A DNA stretch of 10,676 nt. Source: Candidatus Nanopusillus sp. Lineage in GTDB: Archaea; Nanobdellota; Nanobdellia; Nanobdellales; Nanobdellaceae. Of this stretch, positions 6,417 to 10,676 are shown one piece after another (positions within the stretch are counted from its first letter, which is position 1; each line of letters starts with the position of its first letter). The translations under genes and the position numbers were made by a program. The DNA is taken from assembly GCA_028276785.1 (NCBI GenBank), contig JAPYVP010000019.1:1-10676 (forward strand), given 5' to 3'. A model generated the notes under the pieces. That model ran no database searches and was not told where the DNA came from. It was given only the letters and a program-made list of their open reading frames with translations.

Positions 6417-6710
6417 TTATCTTAATGAATAAATATAACTTGTCCCATTTATATTGCATATAATATTTGTCGAATTATAATAACAATTTACATATGTTTG
6501 ATTTATACTATTTAAATAACATTGAGAAAAATTATAAACTTGCCCAAGAAATGCATAATTCATCATATTTTGTGCACAGTCTGCATATGCTATAATATTT
6601 GAATTCATACGAATGATGTCTGTCGACAAATATTGGGTGGTGGCTATTATTGATGCTGCTATAATTAATGCTGGTAATATAAACATTGGGAAGGTTGATT
6701 CTAACTTCAT
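6417..6710 (-). CDS. Hypothetical small secreted or membrane-anchored protein, rich in Cys, Asn and Tyr
   Basis: 97 aa. The N-terminus MKLES plus the hydrophobic stretch TFPMFILPALIIAASIIATT suggests a signal peptide or anchor. The remainder has 4 Cys, 10 Tyr and 4 N-x-S/T sequons (NFS, NQT, NST, NGT). A TATA-like TTTATAAG (complement of 6733-6740) lies 23-30 nt upstream of the ATG. This is the only sizeable ORF in an otherwise empty 640-bp stretch. I did not recognise a family. Confidence 0.55.
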   Translation of the reverse strand: MKLESTFPMFILPALIIAASIIATTQYLSTDIIRMNSNIIAYADCAQNMMNYAFLGQVYNFSQCYLNSINQTYVNCYYNSTNIICNINGTSYIYSLR

Positions 6711-6730
6711 AATAATAATAGTTATAAAAA

Positions 6731-6920
6731 ATCTTATAAATTTTATATTTTTTGATTATCTTATAAGCTATTTAATGACAATAATTTAAATAATATTTAA
6801 AAATTTATTTATTAATGATTATCTTAACATGATTTTTTAATTATTCAAAAATATTTGCTAAATATTTATATAACTCATATATCTTATTATTTCATGTTAA
6901 AAAACATCTTAACTTCATGA
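6731..6920 (+). promoter_or_regulatory. Cluster of five same-orientation ATCTTA-core motifs in the 285-bp spacer upstream of ftsZ
   Basis: The cores lie at 6731, 6758, 6821, 6881 and 6906. TGATTATCTTA is repeated exactly at 6753-6763 and 6816-6826. Two related copies are ATCTTAACATGA (6821-6832) and ATCTTAACTTCATGA (6906-6920). Confidence 0.35.
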
Positions 6921-6995
6921 AAATATACTAAAATTTTCAAAAAAAGCTGTTTTTTTATAGAAATATTTTTAATATATAAAATTCCATAACTATAA

Positions 6996-8081
6996 ATGGC
7001 AGAGGTTAATAGTAAAATGGAAGATGAAATAATAGGAGTATCGCCAGGAGAGGAGTTTAAATTGTTGCCAACAATAAAAATAATAGGCGTAGGTGGAGCA
7101 GGAAGCAATATGGCAGATTGGTTATATAGAATGAATATAAAAGGTGCAGAAGTAATTGCAGCAAATACTGATTATGCTCATTTAAAGATAGTTAAAGCCC
7201 ACAAAAAGATTTTATTGGGTAAAGAAGTTACAAGAGGATTGGGTGCTGGTGGATTACCATCAAAAGGAATGGATGCTGCAAGAGCTTCTCAATCTGATTT
7301 AAGAAAATTATTAGAAGGTGCAGATATGGTTTGGATATTATTAGGTTTGGGGGGTGGAACTGGTACAGGAGGAGCACCAGTTGTTGCACAAATAGCAAAA
7401 GAAGTTGGAGTACCACTTGTAGTAGCAGTTGCAACATTACCTTTCTATAATGAAGGTGTAGTAAGAAGAGAAAAAGCAGAAGAAGGTTTAGCACAATTAA
7501 GAAAATATGCAGACAATGTTATATTAATTGATAATAACAAAATATTACAATATGCTGGTAATCTACCATTTACACAAGCATTTGGATATGCAAATAACTT
7601 AATAGGACAAATGATAAAAGGTTTGGTAGAAACATTTGATAAAGCTTCATATATTAACTTAGATTTTGCAGATGTAAAAACTGTATTGGGTGTAGGTGGA
7701 GCTTCAATAGTAGGTATTGGAATTGCAGACGATGAAAAGAGGGCAGTAACTGCAGCAAAAAGGGCATTAGAATTACCATTATTAGATGTTGATTATAATG
7801 GAGCAGCTGGTGCATTAGTACATGTTGAAGGTGGACATGATATGACATTGAATGAAATAAATGAGGCAATGGAATATATAAAGCAACATCTTGGAGAAGA
7901 TGCATTAACAATAATGGGTGCGAGACAATCTGAAGATATGAAAGGAAAGATAAAGGTTACAGTAATTGTATCTGGAGTTAAGAGTCCATATATATTAGGA
8001 AAATGGAAGGAAGAATGGGAATCTGGAGAATTAACAAAGGTAAGGAAAGATGTAAACTTAGGTATTGATATATTACAGTAG
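6996..8081 (+). CDS. ftsZ: Cell division GTPase FtsZ
   Basis: 361 aa. Family blocks are IKIIGVGGAGSN, ANTD, GLGAGG, the tubulin signature GLGGGTGTGGAPVVA, the NNKIL and N.DFADVKTV blocks, and a C-terminal tail ending LGIDILQ. The start could instead be M8 (7017). Confidence 0.95.
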   Translation: MAEVNSKMEDEIIGVSPGEEFKLLPTIKIIGVGGAGSNMADWLYRMNIKGAEVIAANTDYAHLKIVKAHKKILLGKEVTRGLGAGGLPSKGMDAARASQSDLRKLLEGADMVWILLGLGGGTGTGGAPVVAQIAKEVGVPLVVAVATLPFYNEGVVRREKAEEGLAQLRKYADNVILIDNNKILQYAGNLPFTQAFGYANNLIGQMIKGLVETFDKASYINLDFADVKTVLGVGGASIVGIGIADDEKRAVTAAKRALELPLLDVDYNGAAGALVHVEGGHDMTLNEINEAMEYIKQHLGEDALTIMGARQSEDMKGKIKVTVIVSGVKSPYILGKWKEEWESGELTKVRKDVNLGIDILQ

Positions 8082-8083
8082 AC

Positions 8084-8089
8084 TTTTTT
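8084..8089 (+). terminator. Oligo-T (T6) tract directly after the ftsZ stop codon
   Basis: TTTTTT begins 3 nt after the TAG at 8079-8081. Oligo-T is the archaeal termination signal. With only 30 bp before lig, read-through co-transcription is equally possible. Confidence 0.3.
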
Positions 8090-8111
8090 AATTTAATTTT
8101 ATATATTTTTT

Positions 8112-9806
8112 ATGGAGTTTGCAAAGCTGGCTGAAGTTTTTAGGAAATTAGAATCGGTTTCTGAAAAAAATCAAAAAACGGAGATATTGGCAAGATTCAT
8201 TAAAGAAATAGATAAAGATTCTTTAAAAGAGACATTTATGTTATTACAAGGAATGATTTTTTATCCATGGGAAGATAAGGATATAGGAATAGCTGAAAAA
8301 TTTACTATTAGAGCTTTATCTTTGGCTACTGGTTATGATAAAAATTATATTGAAGGTTTGTTTGTAAAAACTGGAGATCTTGGAGTTGTTGCAGAGAAAT
8401 TAGTAATGGAAAGAAAGCAAAAATCTATATTTACAAAAAAATTAACCGTAAAGGATGTATATAATACTTTTAGAATGATAGGGGAGCTGGAAGGGGAAGG
8501 AACACAAGATAAAAAGATTAGATATTTAGCTAATTTATTTATTTCATCATCACCAATAGAAGCAAAATATATTGCAAGATTAACATTAGAAGATCTAAAA
8601 ATAGGGGTTGGGGAAGGAATTATAATTGATTCTATAGCTACAGCTTTTGGTTTACCATCAGAAAATGTAGAAATTGCATATTCAATTTTGAATGATTTTG
8701 GAGAGTTAGTAAAGCAAATTTTAGAAAAAGGAAAGGATATTGTATTTAAATTAGAACCAATATTAGGAAATCCAATTAGAGTAATGTTGGCAATAAAAGT
8801 GGAAAGTGCTAAAGAAGCTTTAGATGTTGTTGGAAGACCTGCACAAGTTGAATATAAATACGATGGATTTAGGGTTCAGATACATAAAAAGGGAGATCAA
8901 ATATCTTTATGGACAAGAAGATTGGAAAATGTAACAAAGCAATTTCCAGATGTAATAGAATATATCAAAGAATGTTTTCCAAATGATAAAGATTTTCTAG
9001 TAGAGGGAGAAATTGTCGGATATGATAAGGAAAATAAAAAGTATTTGCCATTTCAGAGAATTTCTAGGAGAATTAGAAGAAAATATGATATAGAAAAAAT
9101 GGTTAAGGAAATACCGGTTGTTGTTAGAGTTTTTGATATAATCTATTATGATGGGAAATCTTTAATAAATACACCATTTAAAGAAAGAAGAAAGATATTA
9201 GAATCAATAATAAAGCAAGATATAAATAAAATATCTCTATCAGAAAGTATAATAACATCTTCAGATGAGGAAGCTCAAAGATTTTTTGAGGAGGCAATCA
9301 ATAATGGCTTAGAGGGTGTTATGTTTAAGAAATTAGATGCACCATATCATCCTGGAAGGAGGGTTGGTTATATGGTTAAATTAAAACCTGTAAAAGAATC
9401 TTTAGATGTTGTAATAGTTGGTGCTGAATGGGGTGAAGGAAAGAGAAGTGGATGGTTAACATCTTTTGTAATTGCTGTTAGAGATGAAAAAACAGGAAAA
9501 TTATTAGAAGTTGGAGAAGTTGGAAGTGGATTTAAAGAGAAAAAGGAAGATCCAGATGATGTAACTTTTGAAGAAATGACAGAAATGTTAAAGGATTATA
9601 TAGAGGAACAAAGCGGAAAATATGTAAAAGTTAAACCAAAAATTGTAATAGAAGTATTGTATGATGAAATAGAAAAAAGTCCAAAATATTCTTCTGGTTA
9701 TGCATTAAGGTTTCCCAGGTTTGTTAGACTTAGACCCGATAAATCTGTCGAGGAAGCTGATACCATTGATAGGTTGATAGAACTATATAAAAGCCAAAAA
9801 AGATAA
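8112..9806 (+). CDS. lig: ATP-dependent DNA ligase (archaeal/eukaryotic Lig1 type)
   Basis: 564 aa. Motif I is EYKYDGFRVQIH, containing the KxDG adenylation lysine. Motif III is LVEGEIV, motif IV is EGVMFK and motif V is MVKLKP. The C-terminal OB domain carries motif VI, LRFPRFVRLRPDK. Confidence 0.95.
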   Translation: MEFAKLAEVFRKLESVSEKNQKTEILARFIKEIDKDSLKETFMLLQGMIFYPWEDKDIGIAEKFTIRALSLATGYDKNYIEGLFVKTGDLGVVAEKLVMERKQKSIFTKKLTVKDVYNTFRMIGELEGEGTQDKKIRYLANLFISSSPIEAKYIARLTLEDLKIGVGEGIIIDSIATAFGLPSENVEIAYSILNDFGELVKQILEKGKDIVFKLEPILGNPIRVMLAIKVESAKEALDVVGRPAQVEYKYDGFRVQIHKKGDQISLWTRRLENVTKQFPDVIEYIKECFPNDKDFLVEGEIVGYDKENKKYLPFQRISRRIRRKYDIEKMVKEIPVVVRVFDIIYYDGKSLINTPFKERRKILESIIKQDINKISLSESIITSSDEEAQRFFEEAINNGLEGVMFKKLDAPYHPGRRVGYMVKLKPVKESLDVVIVGAEWGEGKRSGWLTSFVIAVRDEKTGKLLEVGEVGSGFKEKKEDPDDVTFEEMTEMLKDYIEEQSGKYVKVKPKIVIEVLYDEIEKSPKYSSGYALRFPRFVRLRPDKSVEEADTIDRLIELYKSQKR

Positions 9807-9842
9807 TTCTATTTTTAAGTTTTTTATTATATATAGATAAAT

Positions 9843-10676
9843 ATGGTTATAAGTGAGGAGCTAGTAGAAAAGATAAAGTCATCTTTTAATTTGAATACTT
9901 ATGAAGCCAGAATATGGTTGGCCTTATTAATGAAAGGTGTTGCAACGGCTGGTGAATTAGCAGATATCGCAGATATACCAAGGTCGAGGGCTTATGATGT
10001 TTTGGAATCATTAGAAAAGAAAGGATTTGTTATCATGAAACTTGGTAAACCAATAAAATATCTTGCTGTTCCACCTACGGAAGTTGTTGAAAGAGTAAAA
10101 AGAAAATATGAAGAAATTATGTCAAGAAGAATTAATGAATTGGAAAAAGTAAAAGCTTCTGATTTAATAAGAGAATTAGATGCATTGCATAAATCTGGTG
10201 CTGGATCAATAGATGTTTCTGAAAAATCTGGAGCAATAAGAGGACAACAAAATATAATAAGTCATTTAGAATCTATGTTAAAAGAAGCTCAAAAACACGT
10301 AAATATTGTTACAACCCAATTGACATTTGTTAGGGATGCAATTGCATTAAAACCAGTATTTTATGAATTAAAAGAAAGACAAATACCGGTTAGAATTATA
10401 ACACCAATCGATGAGAGAAATGCAAAATATGTTCAAGAGTTAATGAATGTAGTTGAAATATATGATGCTGGAAATTATAGGGGAAGAATTGTTACAATAG
10501 ATTCTGAAGAAATATTAATGATGTTGTTTGATGAAAAAGAGGTTCCATCTTCAATGGATGTTGCTGTTTGGTTATATGCACCAGCATTAGCAAAATTCAT
10601 AGATGAAATGATTGAGGTATTATTACCAAAATTAAAACCAGCACAACAAAGTTTGGTTGAAAAGAAATTAATAGTA
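9843..10676 (+). CDS. TrmB-family transcriptional regulator; 278 aa are present and the 3' end runs off the window
   Basis: Not in the ORF track because no stop lies inside the window. Translation from ATG 9843 is open to 10676. It reads MVISEELVEKIKSSFNLNTYEARIWLALLMKGVATAGELADIADIPRSRAYDVLESLEKKGFVIMKLGKPIKYLAVPP... This matches the TrmB N-terminal winged-helix pattern (L..YEA..YLALL..G..TA.E.A....PR...Y.VL..LE.KG.V). A coiled linker and a C-terminal domain follow. Confidence 0.85.
   Translation, partial: MVISEELVEKIKSSFNLNTYEARIWLALLMKGVATAGELADIADIPRSRAYDVLESLEKKGFVIMKLGKPIKYLAVPPTEVVERVKRKYEEIMSRRINELEKVKASDLIRELDALHKSGAGSIDVSEKSGAIRGQQNIISHLESMLKEAQKHVNIVTTQLTFVRDAIALKPVFYELKERQIPVRIITPIDERNAKYVQELMNVVEIYDAGNYRGRIVTIDSEEILMMLFDEKEVPSSMDVAVWLYAPALAKFIDEMIEVLLPKLKPAQQSLVEKKLIV

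Noticed and set aside
6887-7108. 73-aa minus-strand ORF overlapping the ftsZ start
   Set aside because: It overlaps the 5' end of ftsZ on the opposite strand and extends into the AT-rich spacer. It has no motif or promoter support.
7228-7911. Two minus-strand ORFs (7228-7494 and 7654-7911) inside ftsZ
   Set aside because: Both are antisense to ftsZ. Their translations are monotonous L/Q/H strings, which is what the reverse complement of Gly/Ala/Val-rich codons produces.
1-10676. A multi-gene novel system (defence island, CRISPR array, mobile element, toxin-antitoxin pair or biosynthetic cluster)
   Set aside because: Nine of the eleven genes are recognisable housekeeping or metabolic types, and they lie on alternating strands. 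There are no repeat arrays, integrase, transposase or nuclease genes, no terminal inverted repeats, and no compositional island larger than 52 nt. Claiming a system would go beyond what the sequence shows.

Overview
This is a very AT-rich, gene-dense archaeal chromosomal segment. The archaeal assignment rests on GatD, deoxyhypusine synthase, a Lig1-type ATP-dependent DNA ligase, a TrmB-family regulator, FtsZ and a tungsten-type aldehyde:ferredoxin oxidoreductase. The proteins are K/I/E/N/Y-rich. I support 11 protein-coding genes, two of them truncated by the window edges and absent from the ORF track: a minus-strand AAA+ ATPase at 1-558 and a plus-strand TrmB-like regulator at 9843-10676. No start codon is preceded by a Shine-Dalgarno sequence. 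TATA-like boxes, several of them the palindrome TTTATAAA, sit about 22-32 nt upstream of the ATGs, which suggests mostly leaderless transcripts. I see no CRISPR array, transposase, integrase, tRNA or rRNA gene, or defence-type gene cluster. My honest reading is ordinary core genome, not a novel multi-gene system. The features not explained by the ORF track are small. (1) A box C/D sRNA candidate at 3714-3762 has exact 12/3/12 spacing. (2) An adjacent 52-nt block at 3624-3675 is about 56% GC and carries an orphan AGGAGGTG. (3) A perfect 17-bp direct repeat brackets a TATA box in the ATPase/AOR divergent promoter. (4) An orphan 97-aa Cys/Asn/Tyr-rich protein carries a signal or anchor segment. 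(5) An ATCTTA motif cluster lies in the unusually long spacer upstream of ftsZ. (6) An orphan 64-aa, very basic protein looks like a winged helix. All functional calls come from motif recognition by eye; no database search was possible.
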